A stretch of DNA of 64,000 nucleotides. It comes from Octopus vulgaris (taxonomy: Eukaryota). The notes under the pieces were generated by a model. It was not told the DNA's origin. It saw only the letters and a list, made by a program, of their open reading frames with translations, and searched no databases. The DNA lies in assembly GCA_951406725.2 (NCBI GenBank), contig OX597816.1:79670001-79734000 (forward strand). The letters are read 5' to 3'. The position numbers and the translations under genes are program-made. This document shows positions 13,376-27,110 of the stretch, in pieces. Numbering within the stretch: the stretch's first letter is position 1; each line of letters begins with the position of its first letter.

Positions 13376-13945
13376 TACGCACACATATGTATGTTTATGA
13401 ATATTCGCAGAGGCGTTATAGTCAATAATCTGACGAATTATCGGCACCTACAATATTACTGGAATATATGTGTGGACTGACATCCACCCTGCTCCACATC
13501 GAAGAAACGTAAAGTCGATAAGGATGAAATGTAAAATCGAATCTAGTAAGATTTGATCTCGGAATCTAGATCTAAGTTTTCCATGTCTTAAGGATTGTCT
13601 TTAATAATTCCATTTTGTAGGAGTATCAAATCGATTCCACGTGTACGGGTAATACTTTATTTTATCCATACCTGAAAAGATGACAGGCAAAGTCAAACCG
13701 CATTGAAACTGAAATAAAGAATATAAAGGGACGTAACTAAATACCGCAGATGAGTTTGTCTGACGCTCTAATAATGGTGACAACAAATACTCTAGCGATA
13801 AGCGTTTAATCCGACGATCTGTTAGTTTAGTCTGCTTCGCCTTCATATGTTGAGGCAATTTTAAAGTGGAACTGTAGAATCCAGAAACATGAGAGGTAAT
13901 GTGAGAGTGATAGCATCATAAAACAAGTGCAAGCGAAACGAATCT

Positions 13946-13989
<44 letters not shown>

Positions 13990-14296
13990 CGTGCGCGCGT
14001 GTGTACACGCATATTCGGGTATAACTGTGTATAGAAGTGTATGTTCATGAATATGTATGTATATATATATATATACATACATGTACATACGTACATGCAT
14101 GCATATACATCCATCCATTTATACATGCTCCCACTCATACACCCACACACATACTCATACATATATATTTATATGGGGGGTGTATATACACATGTTTATA
14201 TACACTTATGGACATACACGCATTTGCATCAGTAAGTATATGTGTATGTATGTATGCACACACATACATGCATACATACATACATACATACATACA

Positions 14297-14350
<54 letters not shown>

Positions 14351-15239
14351 GTCACACACATAAAGACCGTAGCTTGTATGTGCATGTGTGTATCTTGTGA
14401 ATGTATGCGCACATGTATGCATGTGTGTGAGTTATGTTTAAATTAAAGGCACCGGAAATTGTTCCAGTTTGTCGCCATCACATGACGAGAACTACTTATT
14501 TCATTAGCTCACTTCTATCATCCAGAACCGCCATCGCCATGTCATACACCTCACCACCATTACCACTTACCGGCACCGCCGCCGCCGCCGCAACCGCGAC
14601 CGTTACCACCACCGCCATCACCATTGCCTTCTTTACCATAACCGACCACCACAATCACCGTCACTTATCTCAGCTACCACCTTTAGCATCTTCACCACCA
14701 CTGCCATCATTATCACCGCCATTACCAAACACCAGTCTATAACAAACCAACATGATAGCCTAGAAGCGGTCAGACGACCAGCTAGAAATAGATGCTAAAT
14801 ACACTTCAGACCGACGTCATAGGATCTCAGAAAATGATACGTTAGATAAGGATGTTCTGAATTTCTTTCACACATAAAAAAAAGATAGGATGGTTATGGC
14901 TAGAATACCTCTGGTAATAGGTTTCATAGGCTTGCTCTGTTAGGTCTGACCAAAGGCTAAATAAAGAACAACACAGCCTACAATTACTATTACTGATCTC
15001 TGCACTTCAGTCATTAATATTGCTATTTCTAATACAACCTACGCCACCACCACCACCACCGCCGCCGCCACCGCCGTCGCCATCTCATATTGGACAACAT
15101 AGATATTACAAACTCCTTATTACAAACTCCTCGGATGGTCACGGCTGGCTTGCCTTAATTAAACTAAGGTTGACCTGAGATTAAACAACCACATTATCAA
15201 TGGCAGCTATGCTGACGTGACAACAACATTAATATTGAT

Positions 15240-15430
15240 TTCAAATTTTGGCACAAGACCAGCAATTTTGTGGGAGTGGGTAAGTCGATCAGATCGAATC
15301 TAGTGTTCAGCTGGTACTTATTTTATCGACAAAGACAAAGTCGATCTCTGCGAAATTTGAACTCAGAGAACATTTTGACGGACGAAACGCCGATAAGCAT
15401 TTTTCCCAGCGTGCCAGCGCGCCGCCTTCA
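15240..15430 (-). mobile_element. SINE family A copy
   Basis: CTGGTACTTATTTTATCGAC...AAGTCGA..ATTTGAACTCAGA is the reverse complement of the family A core. Confidence 0.65.
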
Positions 15431-15534
15431 CAACAGTATTAATATTAACAATATTTGTTTCTTTATTGATATTAGAGATCATTATCTTAAAAGTCATTTA
15501 TATCAATATAGAATCAGATTACTTTATTTTAAAG

Positions 15535-16030
15535 CAAGGGGTGAGAAACTTTTTAATGTGGCGGGCAAAAATTTCCAATGAAAAAGGCCCGCGAGCGGAC
15601 CACAAGTTCTAATTCTTATATTTGTGTACATCTAGTATATATCTATGTATAATTCGATATACATTAATAAAGATAAGTTTAACACATTAAATTAACGCGT
15701 AATATCTTCATTAACGCCGTCACTGAATTTAGTACGTTTATATTACTTATGCGATACTCTATATTTTTCAGCTAGAGTGTAGTTGGATCTCAAGGGGTTG
15801 ATACAAACCTAGCAATATGAGTTTTATAGTGAAAACAAAATTTTCATTCGAATGGCAATTACTGGACGATTTCTGTTCGAGTCTAACCGCTTTAAGTCGC
15901 AGTAGAAACGCAACCTATGTCGCAAATAGGCTTGTGAATATTGTATAAATTTTATAATTGAAAATTTTATTATATTTTGTACATACGTGTATATCGGCCT
16001 GCGGGCGCAAATCCTTCGGAAGTCAAGCTT
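15535..16030. mobile_element. Possible degraded hAT-type non-autonomous element
   Basis: Starts CAAGGGGTGAGAAACTTTTT with GCGGGC/GGCCCGCG subterminal motifs, and CGGCCTGCGGGCGC recurs near 15995. A right TIR and TSD were not resolved. Confidence 0.3.
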
Positions 16031-16468
16031 TCTTTTCATGCTACCTGGATATATAAATTAAATATCAGGGAAATACTGGGTCGAATTTTCTATCTTCTCT
16101 ATCTATCTTTTAATCACTTTCTCAGAATTAGCTATTGATAAGATATTGTCATACGAAAAAAATCTAAAGGAAGAGAATAAAAACGAAAAAAGAAAAAAAA
16201 AAGGAAAAAACAAACACCGTTATATTCCACGACGAAAGTTTCATGACAAACACATTGCATTTGACGAGGAAGTCACGAAGGGTTTCTCATAGATCTCTTA
16301 CTGGTGCAAGGACGAGAGTAATCAATCGAATCGAATCAGCACTTGACTGGCACATGTAACTTATCGATCCCGAATATTTGAGTGCAGAATATAAAGTGAC
16401 GTCAATTATTATCGTTGTTGCTGTTTAGCCTCAAGCCAGCCATGATGAAACAGACGTATAATTTTTTG

Positions 16469-16539
<71 letters not shown>

Positions 16540-16540
<1 letters not shown>

Positions 16541-17100
16541 GATGATCCGGTTCTTGACTGAAGACTGAGGGTTTCGAATGTCCTGTCCGTGTTTATTGTA
16601 TCGTCTTCTAAGAGTTATACGTTCTTGTCCATGTTGTATTTTTCTACATACCTTAATATATATATATATATATATATATGGCTTGACCGCTGCCATGTTA
16701 ACGTTTGTTTTCGTTTGCCGCAAAGGCATTTTTCAAATACGCCAGCCAAGATAAGTTAAAAATTGTCTAAAGTCGTAAGACGCCCGCTGTTTTTGTCCTG
16801 TTTACCATTGTTGTTTTTTATTTCTATTTTTTGTTTCTTGTATTTATATTCGTGTGGCATCCTGTCTTTGTTTCGTATACATTCGATCCTCTTTCCAAGA
16901 AATCTAATGCCTGTGGCTTAGTTTTTCCTTGGGGCTGGCCGGTTCGGAGCGATATCGAGATTAAACAGCCGAAATTGCTAAGATGATCCGGTTTCCGACT
17001 GAAGATTAGAGGCTTCGAGTGACCCGTCTGTTTTTTTTTGTGTCGTCTCTTTGTGTGTTTTTGCGTTCTTGTCCCGCTTTGTAATTTATATTTTATATTT
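16540..17100 (+). repeat. Interspersed repeat, possibly a Penelope-associated terminal sequence, with an internal partial duplication
   Basis: GATGATCCGGTT..GACTGAAGA occurs at ~16542 and ~16983. 16900-17030 matches the reverse complement of 26890-27022. Confidence 0.6.
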
Positions 17101-17399
17101 AATTTCTATACATATATTATTGCGGCGTAACGTACCCCTATCTCCTATATATATATATATGGATAAATACATTGTCCAACGTGTTCTTCATTTTTTAAAA
17201 TAGTAAAGTGTAATTTAGTGGGGAATAGGTATTACTTCTTTCTATAGTCGCTAAGTGCGCAGCACCAGAACACACCAATGCAGCAACCAGCAGAATACTA
17301 TCACAGATAAATAAGAGAGCAGATGACAGAATCAAAGGAACGGAAGGAGAGCTGTTATGCAATATTCGTATTTAGTTACGAGCTTTTGTTCTGATTTAA

Positions 17400-17622
17400 C
17401 TCTCTAGGATTTAAACCAGCCATAGTTGGCCAAAATATTCTACCTTGTTTATGTTCAAATTTTCTAGATCTCGTCTCTCACGCCTACCTTACAATGTCTT
17501 TCTAAAATTAAGTAATCGCATCATTGCAATCTTGAAACTACTAGATTATGCATGATTATTTCAAAACAAAGTGAATAAATGACAGGTATTACATTTGACA
17601 GAGTAGTTTGAATGCTGAAGGG
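17400..17622. mobile_element. piggyBac-like MITE (TTAA TSD) inserted in a family A SINE
   Basis: TTAA at 17396-17399 and 17623-17626. Ends CTCTCTAGGATTTAAAC / GTTTGAATGCTGAAGGG pair at 12 of 17 positions. Confidence 0.7.
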
Positions 17623-17709
17623 TTAAATCTGACCGGGAGCTTTCCGAGACCGACAAAATAAATACCAAACAAATACTGGGCAATCAGTCTTGCCTTGCTA
17701 TATTATAAA

Positions 17710-18153
17710 CTAGCAGTATAGCCCGGCGTTGCTCGGGTTTGTTTGTTTTTTAGTTGCGCTTAAAACGGCAGACTTTGATGTCGCGTTAACAAAGTTTTGA
17801 CATAGTTTCAATCTTTTTTAAAAAATAAAAATTTTGCATTACGTAGCTTGTTATTCTCTTTAAGTGAACATTTTTCTGGTTGAAATACACCAAAAAATGG
17901 CGACACAGCAGTCAAAAAATCGTAAAAAAATAGGGATTTTCATAGAAAAAAAGCACCTTTTTGATGTAAATAATTTTTGGTGTTAACATGGTCCGATTTG
18001 AATTTTTTCTTCTACGGAATGAAGAGCAAGCCTTCTTCTATCATACTCTTAATTTTGATCAACTTGCGCCGCAGGGTCTCGGAGGAGATAGTGTTAGTTG
18101 AAGGCTACCAAACCTGTCACACACACGGACAACTTCAGCTTTATATGTATAGA
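17710..18153 (-). mobile_element. Non-autonomous Helitron
   Basis: Minus strand starts TC (TCTATACATATAAAG) and ends with the hairpin CCCGAGCAACGCCGGG followed by CTAG. Inserted between A17709 and T18154 with no TSD. Confidence 0.85.
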
Positions 18154-21100
18154 TATAGTATTATTGCTGAATTCACGTCTGTATTGTAATCACGTGTGTA
18201 TTGTTTATCGCTACATTTACTTTTTTAATTTTTATATGTCGTTATCAAGGCGGCGAACTGGCAGAATCGCCACCTTCCCCTTAGTTACCCTGTATTGGAT
18301 TTCTATTCTTGTCTGGATGCTTTGAGAAATAACTCTAAGAACGGGCAAAATTTCATAAAAAAACGTTAAGGCTTGATATAGAAACGAAGTAATAAATAAT
18401 CTCTCGAGAGATCAACAAAAACTTCAAATAGCAGTAATATACTTAGTCGATTAAAAGGAACAAACCTATTCACCTATGAATATAAACGACATCAAATTGG
18501 AGTTACTGGAATGCGTCGTGGAGTGCTATTTAATCTGATAAGTAGTGACGTAAAGGTTAACTGTACTGAAGTATGTAGTAAGCTAATAATCAGAATGGTG
18601 GCGTGATAGTGGTGGTGTTGATGGTGGTGGCGCTGATGGTGGTAATGGGGTCGGTGAAGGTGGTGGTGATGCATTTTGCGAAGTTAGTTGTGAGATTTGT
18701 GAAACAGGCTTTAGAGTTAACTAGCAATACATTTTTTGATTTATTATTTTTTATGCTTATGGTTATGCGTTTCGAAATCCCTGTATTCAGATGAACTCTT
18801 TAACCTATCTTCATTGATCCCTACGACCCGTCAATAGAGTGTTTAAAGTGGATTCAGTAGCCGGGTCATCCCCCATACATTACATGTCTAGCAATATCTC
18901 AAGATTTTACTTGTTAGCACTACGATTCAACTTAAAAGACCTACTTGAGTGGCGACAAATATATATATATATGTATATAATACACAAACAATATAAAAGA
19001 GGACCCGCACCTATAAAACATCAGGCATTGTCTTTCGTCTTCTAAAATGATTTAAGAAAACTCTCTAGCAACCCCACTTCAGGGACTGTTTCAGGTACAC
19101 CAGACAGATTTAGTAATCCGTAGAGGCACCTATGATCTTTATTGTAATCTCTTTCGTCACCGAAGGTTAATTCCTAAAACCTTCACGCTGTCTGACTTGA
19201 TGTTATCTGTTCTGTCATATAAGTATCTTTGTTAACAAATTACTTTCGAGTGTGTTCTTGTTTTGAGTTTAGTTCTGTATTGTGTTATAAATTGTAGAAC
19301 TGTTCTTTTCGGGCAATGCGCTAAAGCAGTACATCCATAATTTACAACCAGCTGGGTTGTTGAAAGGAGTCACCACGACGAACTAGCCATAATGGTTCCC
19401 AGAAATATTTATATCTAAATTAGGATTCAGTATTGCAAGGACAATTAGGATTTAGTATTGCAATTAACGAATCATCCGTCAGTTACATAATGTTCATACT
19501 ACTTACTGGGAAAAAGAAAAAGATGATACTGATGATGATCATCCTGAAAAAGCGTGAGAAAGAAAACAAATAATTACAATTTCTTATATCACAATAATGA
19601 TAATGTCGCACAGAGGTATAAGGCCATATAATTCTGGGTATGATTTAATCGATTAAATAGATCTCTCGCACTTGATTGGTACGTTATTTTATAGACCCTC
19701 ACAAAGGATTTTGTGATATTGATATGCATACGATGTAACCGAAAAAATTCCTGTCTATCACCCTCGCTTAGTAACACATTCACTTTCATGGCAACCACCT
19801 TACTTAAGTAGGAGAACAACTCACTTGTTAGTTCAGCCACCCACTACGAATATATGAAATAAAAAGTGTTGTACATCACGGCCGTGACGTCGTCCTCATA
19901 TACTGACATAAGTTTTAATATTAAGCAGTTCAGAGTAAAATTCTCAAAAAGATAGAGTACGTGTTGGCAGTGAATCATTATTGTGGATACAGCACAGGAA
20001 ACGAACCTCAAACTTTCGGTCTGGTAATGTGCACGATTAACTTATCAATTTAGCACACTGTAATTCTTTGTTCTTTTATCTTATTCTCTGGATGCGATAA
20101 AAGAATAAAGTATACGGAACTTATCAGAATATTGGATTCAATTAAATTGTACGCTAGCCATAAAGCAAGAGATCATCAGTCTACATATATTTCTTCAAAG
20201 ATATTCTTGACCGGTAATCCATTTTAACAAAAATTTTTACATTCGTTTTATACTTCTGAGAGAAGTTATCATTAAAGTTCGTTCGATTTATAACTCGTTG
20301 GACGCTAGATTGTTTATACAAGCTATAATGTTGCATATAGCGCTGTGTTTGGCTCACAGGCCAAATATTATATAAGTATCTATACAAATGTTATATAAGT
20401 AAGTAACTATGTTATTGCTGTTATATTTAGCGATTGGTAAATATGAAAACTGGTTTAACATTTATACAGTATCACACATTAGGCGATAGCACAGATTCTA
20501 GTAAATGCTTCATACATATTTTATAGGCCGCATGGGAATAGACACAGAAGTAAAGATCGGTGATACATGAACTGAAAATATCTTATATGCAATGGCTTCT
20601 TTAAAGTAATGAAAAAAAAAAAGAACCTAATATCGAAAACAATTCTATTTATCACATTGGATGCCTAAATGCGTGCGCTTCGCCCAGTATTTCTCAAGCA
20701 GTATCTAAATACACTGAAATAGAAAAATAAATAAATAAATAAATAATTTCAGACTTTATAACGTCTTCGAACGCTTGTTATCCATAATTTTGTTGTATAA
20801 AAATATGATTACCAAAAGGTATAGTATGTCACAATGTTAGAAATACTGAAAACCACCTGCTGATTCAAAGACAGAGCCACTGCCTAAAACTATTAAAGAT
20901 TTTCCCAGACGGCTGGGACATTTTGAACAACCGAAAGAAATTCTAGTGGGGTGAAGTTGTGAAGAGAAAAAAATTTAGTGTTCAGTTTGGGATCAAGTGG
21001 AAGGAGACACAGCAAGAATAACGAAAGGAGGAGGAGAAAGAAGAACGTCGGAGAAGTCTGAATGGAGATAGGGTTCGCAGTAAAGCTAGTTTAGAGCAGT

Positions 21101-21402
21101 AGACAATGGTGTAGAAACAGTAGAAGAATCAGAAAGAATACAAAGTGTATCTATTGTCGTCTGTTGGTGAGTGAATATCTGCAATAGAGTTGAATGGCCT
21201 CCTTTTAGATGCACGTCTCAGATATGTGAGCAGTGCTCTAATTGCCAGGAACGGGACGTGAGCAAATGTAAACAAAATGTTTGTATTAGAGCAAGAGATA
21301 GAATGACTTTCATTATTTGTTCTAGCTATAATCGCCAATTTCAACGATGCTTACACGTAAGGTACACACACACACGGAGTGTATGAGATAGATAGATAGA
21401 GT

Positions 21403-21444
<42 letters not shown>

Positions 21445-21688
21445 AGAGAGACACAGAGAGAGAGAGAGAGACAGAGAGAGAGACAGAGGCAGAGAGAGAC
21501 AGACAGACAGAGGGGAGTGCACTATGGCCGAGTGGTTGCGAAATTACCTTTGTAACTACGAATCCCGGGTTCGATGCTACTGCGTGGTAACGTGGAAGAA
21601 TATTATCATTTAAAGCCTAGCTCGCCCTACACGTTGTAAGTAATACTGGGTCAGTGGAAACTTTATAGAACCCCGCCCTCTGATTCAA

Positions 21689-22005
21689 CGTGGTTTAGTG
21701 GTTAGGGGCTTTCGGCTCATGATCGTAAGGTTGTGAGTTCAAATCCCGGCGGCGCGTTGTGTCCTTGAGCAAGACACTTTATTTCACGTTATTCCAGTCC
21801 ACTCAGCTGGCAAAAATGAGTAGTACCTGTATTTCAAAGGGCCGGCCTTGTCACACTCTGTGTCACGCTGAATCTCCCCGAGAACTACGTTAAGGGTACA
21901 CGTGTTTGTGGAGTACCCAGCCACTTGCACGTTAACTTCACGAGCAAGCTGTTCAGTTGATCGTATCAACTGGGACCCTCATCGTCGCAACCGACGGAGT
22001 ACTCC
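21689..22005 (+). mobile_element. tRNA-derived SINE (CORE-like TGTGTCCTTGAGCAAGACACTT domain), followed by (TATG)n
   Basis: A box TGGTTTAGTGG, B box GAGTTCAAATCC; the central block is shared with the 25374 and 34586 copies. Confidence 0.85.
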
Positions 22006-22789
22006 TATGTATGTATGTATGTATGTATGTATGTATGTATGTATGTATGTATGTATGTATGTATGTATGTATGTATGTATGTGTGTATGTATGTATGTAG
22101 GTGCGGAGGTTTTGTGAGTGGTTGAGGAACGATAGTCCGGTATATTTTGTTTATTTCTTCTGCTGCTGGTCATTTCAAGTCCAGAGGGTCGTGCTTGTTC
22201 ATCCTAATAATGAAGACAAGTCGGACGTATGCCTGAATGAGTTAGAAAAATCTGCTTTACTCGCCCATTCCAGAACTGAAGCTCTGAGTTGCTTTGTTGT
22301 AGCTATTATCATTGTTGTTGTTATTATTATTATTTGGGTAGGTTTTTTTCCCTGTCGATCCATCTGATTCTAGCAATGAAACAAATATAACGCAGAATAA
22401 AAAAAAAACGAAAAACAAAAACAAAAATAGAAAGCCTTCCAACAAACAATAAAGGCTAAATATTACGATCTTATGAACACCTGGCTGATCTCTTTAGCAT
22501 CGTCTCAAGTCGAGTAGGTCATTTGGAACAAGGACAGAAGAGAGGCCAAGTCAAGTCAAGCAAGCAATTAAGAAAGAAGGAAAAAACGCATGAGAACAAA
22601 ATATAACAAAGGTTAAAAGATTAAAGACAGATGGCAGTGGACACATCTTAAATGTTGTTTGTGTGCGTGTATGCTTGTGTGTATAACTGTGTGTATGTGT
22701 GTCTAAACATACATACATGTAGATATGGTCATTTAAATAGCAACCATATAAAAAGGATAGTAGTAAGGACAGCATCACCATCAACACAC

Positions 22790-23040
22790 TGCTATCATCG
22801 TCAACGTCGTCGTTGTCATCATCGTCATCATCGACACCAACACCACCACCACCACCGCCACCGCCACCGCCACCACCACCACCACCACCACCACCACCAC
22901 CACAACCACTGCCGCCGCCGCTGCCGTCGTCGTCGTCGTCTTCCTCCTCGTCCTCGTCGTCGTCCTCCTCCTCCTCCTCCTCATCATCATCATTGTCATC
23001 ATTGTCATCATCACTGTTCTTGTCAACATCATCATCATTA
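22790..23040. repeat. Compound trinucleotide tract (CAT/CAC/CGC/CGT/CCT)
   Basis: Direct reading; gives the poly-H/P/S ORFs. Confidence 0.9.
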
Positions 23041-23674
23041 TGTTCATTGAGCCGAATGACCTATCGAGTTTGGGGCATCGAAGAGAAATAGCAGCCTCAT
23101 TGTCCTCAAATCAAACCCTACTCTCTTGAAAATAGGGAGAACACAGCAGATAATGTAATTCAAATTAGGTCTGAAGATACAAAATGGTCACAGCCGGATT
23201 GTTTTTGGTCAGAGTTGACCTGGGGCTATAAGAACAACATCCTTTTCCCCTCCATCATCATCATCATCATCATCATCATAATCACCACCACCACCACCAC
23301 CACCACCACCTCCACTGTCACTACCACCACCATCATCATTGTCATCATCATCATCCTTATCACCATCACAAAATAGTTGCCAATCTTTCCACCCTGATGA
23401 TGGAGGTTGGCTTTACGGAAATTGTTTACTGGTTGCATATCCTTCAGCTCTTGCACACTCCATCCATCGATATTACAACTATTACGTAATTCCGGGCCTT
23501 CAGAAACAGCTGCCGGTCCTGAAACACTATGCCTTCTCCCCTTAGTTTTCTGCATTTTTGTACTCTTTGTATGTTTGTTCTGTAAATATATAAATATCCA
23601 TATGCTTATACACGAGTGCTCATGCTTCGCGAGAAAAATTCTTTGTTGCCCATGCGTGAAAAATTCTTTGTTGC

Positions 23675-24498
23675 GCATGCGTGAAAACTTTTGCGCCGGG
23701 ATGACGTGCCAGTTCCTGGCTGTTACGCCTAGAGTACAGACGTGTAGTGCACACTCGTCTGATTTTCATTTATAAGTTAAATGACCGAACGCATCGAGAA
23801 TAAACTCATGTCACATCACCAGTGATGATAGTCTTCATGAAGTCTGGGTCGTTTATACAGTTCAGCATGTTTATACAGTTTATACAGTTCAGCATGTTCT
23901 GAGCGATTTCCATGCAGAGTTTCTTATGCTGCTCCTCCAACACCCTGGGGAAGAATTTCTCCGACACTCTTCTCATGCATAAATCTTCCGTTAAAATTGA
24001 AAGCACTGATCTTGTGTTTATTCCCACTTCATGAGGAATTTTCAGTTTTGTTACACAACAGTCTTCCATGACTATTCGCCGCACCTTCTAAATTGGCTCC
24101 TCGTTCCGGTTTGTGGATGGCCTACCTGAGCGTGCCTCGCTCTCTACAGCGGTGCAGCCATGTTTGAACGGGATTGTACCACTCCTTGATCTGTGTTTTG
24201 CCCATGATATCATCATCTTCTGGATGACTTGAACATGAGAATCATCAAGCGTTTTTGTAAAACTTGATGCAATATCTCTGCTTGCTTTGTTCGGTCATCT
24301 TGAGTCAAAACGAAAACCCGACGTGTGCGTACAACACGTCTTTAGGCATAACATCCAGAAACTGATTCGGCCTACTTTTGCGAAAATTTTATCGCATGTA
24401 CAGGAGGGGTGGCGTCACCTCCTAACCAAAGGATTTTGCTCATGTGGCATTAGTTTCGGCGGGAAAAATAAAGTAGGATACTTTTTGAACGCACCTCG
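23675..24498 (-). mobile_element. Mariner transposon remnant (5' half) with an inverted copy of its 5' leader
   Basis: Right end reads TA|CGAGGTGCGTTCAAAAAGTATCC on minus. Translation MTEQSKQRYCIKF...RSGRPST...ILTEDLCMRRVSEKFFPRVL...IITGDVT (WVPR-like motif and first catalytic D). ~23675-23800 is an inverted copy of ~24280-24400. Confidence 0.85.
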
Positions 24499-25017
24499 TA
24501 TACATTTACATAAACGTACACACATACCGAATTCCTGTTCAATGCCCCATATACTTATTACAACATATTTTTTTTTATCTTTCATTTCCACGTAATATAT
24601 TTTTTTTCTTTTTATGATTTATATTTTCTTAACGATTTACGCTCCTTCATTTCGTGTCAAAACAACCAAAATTGTGATGAATTGCTAACCTACGGTATCT
24701 TATTTAATGGAACTACGTAGAAAAACCTGGAAAAATAAAACAATAATTCTTTGAAAAATTCCCCCCCACTCCACAACTCCTTCCAAATAAACGAGTATAC
24801 GAATGGAATGGATACAAAGAGTCTCGAATCTCTCCTTACACACCAATTTTCATGACTTCCGTCTTCATCAGAAACATTAGTGTAATTCTATATTTCTATT
24901 TTCTTTGTTGTTGACTTACTTCATTCCATGTCTTGCAGGCTTTCCAATAACTCTTGATGAAAACAAATGTGTATTGGTTCTTTTAGGATTCTTACTTAAT
25001 GTCATCCTTAAATCTTG

Positions 25018-25062
<45 letters not shown>

Positions 25063-25373
25063 TGTGTGCGTGTGTGTGTGTATGCGTATATGTGTGTGTG
25101 TGTGCGTGTGTTTGTGCGTGTGTGTATGTGTATGTACATATATCTACACACCACACTCATATATGTGTATCTATCTATCTATCTATCTACATACATACAC
25201 ACACACACACAAATGCACGCTTATATACGTGTATAAGACTTTGTATGGCTGTATATGTATATCTGTATCTTTCTGTTTCTCTCATTCTCTCTCTCTCTCT
25301 CTCTCTCCCTATGTATATATGTGAATATATATATATATATATATACATATATGTATATTATATACATATAGTG

Positions 25374-25698
25374 AAGGCGCATGGCGCAGTGGATAGAGCG
25401 TCGAGCTTACGATCGTGAGTTCGATTCCCGGACCGGACTGCGTGTTGTGTTCTTGAGCAAGACACTTTATTTCACGTTGCTCTAGTTCACTCAGCTGTAG
25501 AAATGAGTTGCGACGTCACAGGTGCCAAGCTGTATCGGCCGTTGCCTTTCCCTTGGACAACACTGGTGGCGTGGAGAAGAGAGGCCGGTATGCCTGGGCG
25601 ACTGCTGGTTTTCCATAAACAACCTTGCCCGGACTTGTACCTGGGAGGGTAACTTTCTAGGTGCAATCCCACGGTCAGTCATGACCGAAGGGAGTCTC
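25374..25698 (+). mobile_element. tRNA-derived SINE (CORE-like head, distinct 3' body)
   Basis: GGCGCATGGCGCAGTGG A box, GAGTTCGATTCC B box, then TGTGTTCTTGAGCAAGACACTTTATTTCACGTTG. Confidence 0.85.
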
Positions 25699-25726
25699 AG
25701 CATTATATATATATGTATAATGTTAA

Positions 25727-25955
25727 GGTGGCGAGGTGGCAGAAACGTTAGCAAGCCGGGCGAAATGCTTAGCGGTATTTCGTTTGTCGTTACGTTCTGA
25801 GTTCAAATTCCGCCGAGGTCGACTTTGCCTTTCATCCTTTCGGGGTCGATAAATAAAGTACCAGTTACACACCGGGGTCGATGTAATCGACTTCATTCGT
25901 TTGTCTGTCCTTGTTTGTCCCCTCTGTGTTTAGCCCCTTGTGTGCAGTAAAGAAA
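25727..25955 (+). mobile_element. SINE family A (Meta-domain-like core), best copy
   Basis: GGCGAGGTGGCAGAA..GAGTTCAAATTCC..GTCGACTTTGCCTTTCATCCTTTCGGGGTCGATAAATAAAGTACCAG; many related copies in the window. Confidence 0.8.
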
Positions 25956-25990
25956 TATATATATATATAATGTAAACACATTTGCATATA

Positions 25991-26030
<40 letters not shown>

Positions 26031-26465
26031 TACACAGATATGTGTTTGTGTGTGTACGTATTATGTCAGCATGTGGTATGTATGTACGTATATATGTGTG
26101 CATGTATGAATGTATGTATAGATCACGTGATGCAAACAAGAAAGATAGAACTCAAAGCATGAGCCTATATATATTAATTTTTATTAATGTTTACATGAAG
26201 TAACAGTGTGTTGTGTGTTATGCATGTAAGTATCTGTATACTCATATTCACTAGTAAAATCTATGTTATTCAAAACCGAAATTAACCATCGATCTGAGTA
26301 CGCCTATAAGTGTCAGCGTTTGCCTGTCCATCGTGTAATGATAACAATCCAACTACCTACCGACATACATACATACAGACAGACATACATATAAACATTA
26401 TATGTGTATATTATATGGTTGTGTACTTGACTGAGTGTGTATACGTGCGTGTAAATGTATGTGTG

Positions 26466-26505
<40 letters not shown>

Positions 26506-26511
26506 TATATA

Positions 26512-26690
26512 TAGGGAAAGTTTACGAAAATAGACAAAAGACGAAGGCAGATGGTGTACAAAACAAACAGATGTATTAGTATAGCGCTCGGGAATAGAAA
26601 AAGTATTTTACGTTTCGAGCCTACGCTCTTCTACAGAAAGGTACATAAAAAACAAGGAGAGAAAAAAATGTGTGTAGTGGCAAACGATCT
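26512..26690 (-). repeat. Short interspersed repeat carrying a hammerhead-like motif
   Basis: Reverse complement of 41232-41420; partial third copy at 45770-45915; flanked by (TA)n. Confidence 0.8.
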
Positions 26691-26711
26691 ATATATATAT
26701 GTACACACACA

Positions 26712-26823
<112 letters not shown>

Positions 26824-26874
26824 ATATATAGAATATATAAAGACTTATATATAAAGAACGTGAAGTTCACGAAT

Positions 26875-27110
26875 TGACAAACACGGAAAAACGGACAGTA
26901 ATTCAGAGCCTTCATTCTTCAGTCAGAAACAGATTCATCATGGCAAATTTCGGCTGTTTAATTCTGAGATTTGCTCCGAAAGGGCCAGCCCCAAGGAAAA
27001 GCTAAGCTATGGGCATTAGATTTGCTTGGTAGAAGGAAAGAATGTGACAACAGAGACGAACAGGGAAATAAGAGACGAAGATAAAAACAGGAATGATACG
27101 GGGGCGTCAT
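26875..27110 (-). repeat. Second copy of the 16800-17100 repeat
   Basis: Shared AATCTAATGC..GCTTAG..TTCCTTGGGGCTGGCC..TTCGGAGC..AAACAGCCGAAATT..GACTGAAGA. Confidence 0.7.

Noticed and set aside
18840-19560. Possible host exon or LINE RT remnant (minus-strand SDSVKVLGI)
   Set aside because: Only one weak motif amid stops; it cannot be classified by eye.
21689-21755. tRNA gene-like sequence (also ~25375, ~34830, ~57160, ~10680)
   Set aside because: A and B boxes are present but there is no complete cloverleaf, and each continues into a SINE body.
22652-23091. His/Pro/Ser-rich ORFs resembling a transcription-factor low-complexity region
   Set aside because: The region is a compound trinucleotide repeat, open in several frames on both strands, with no splice or domain support.
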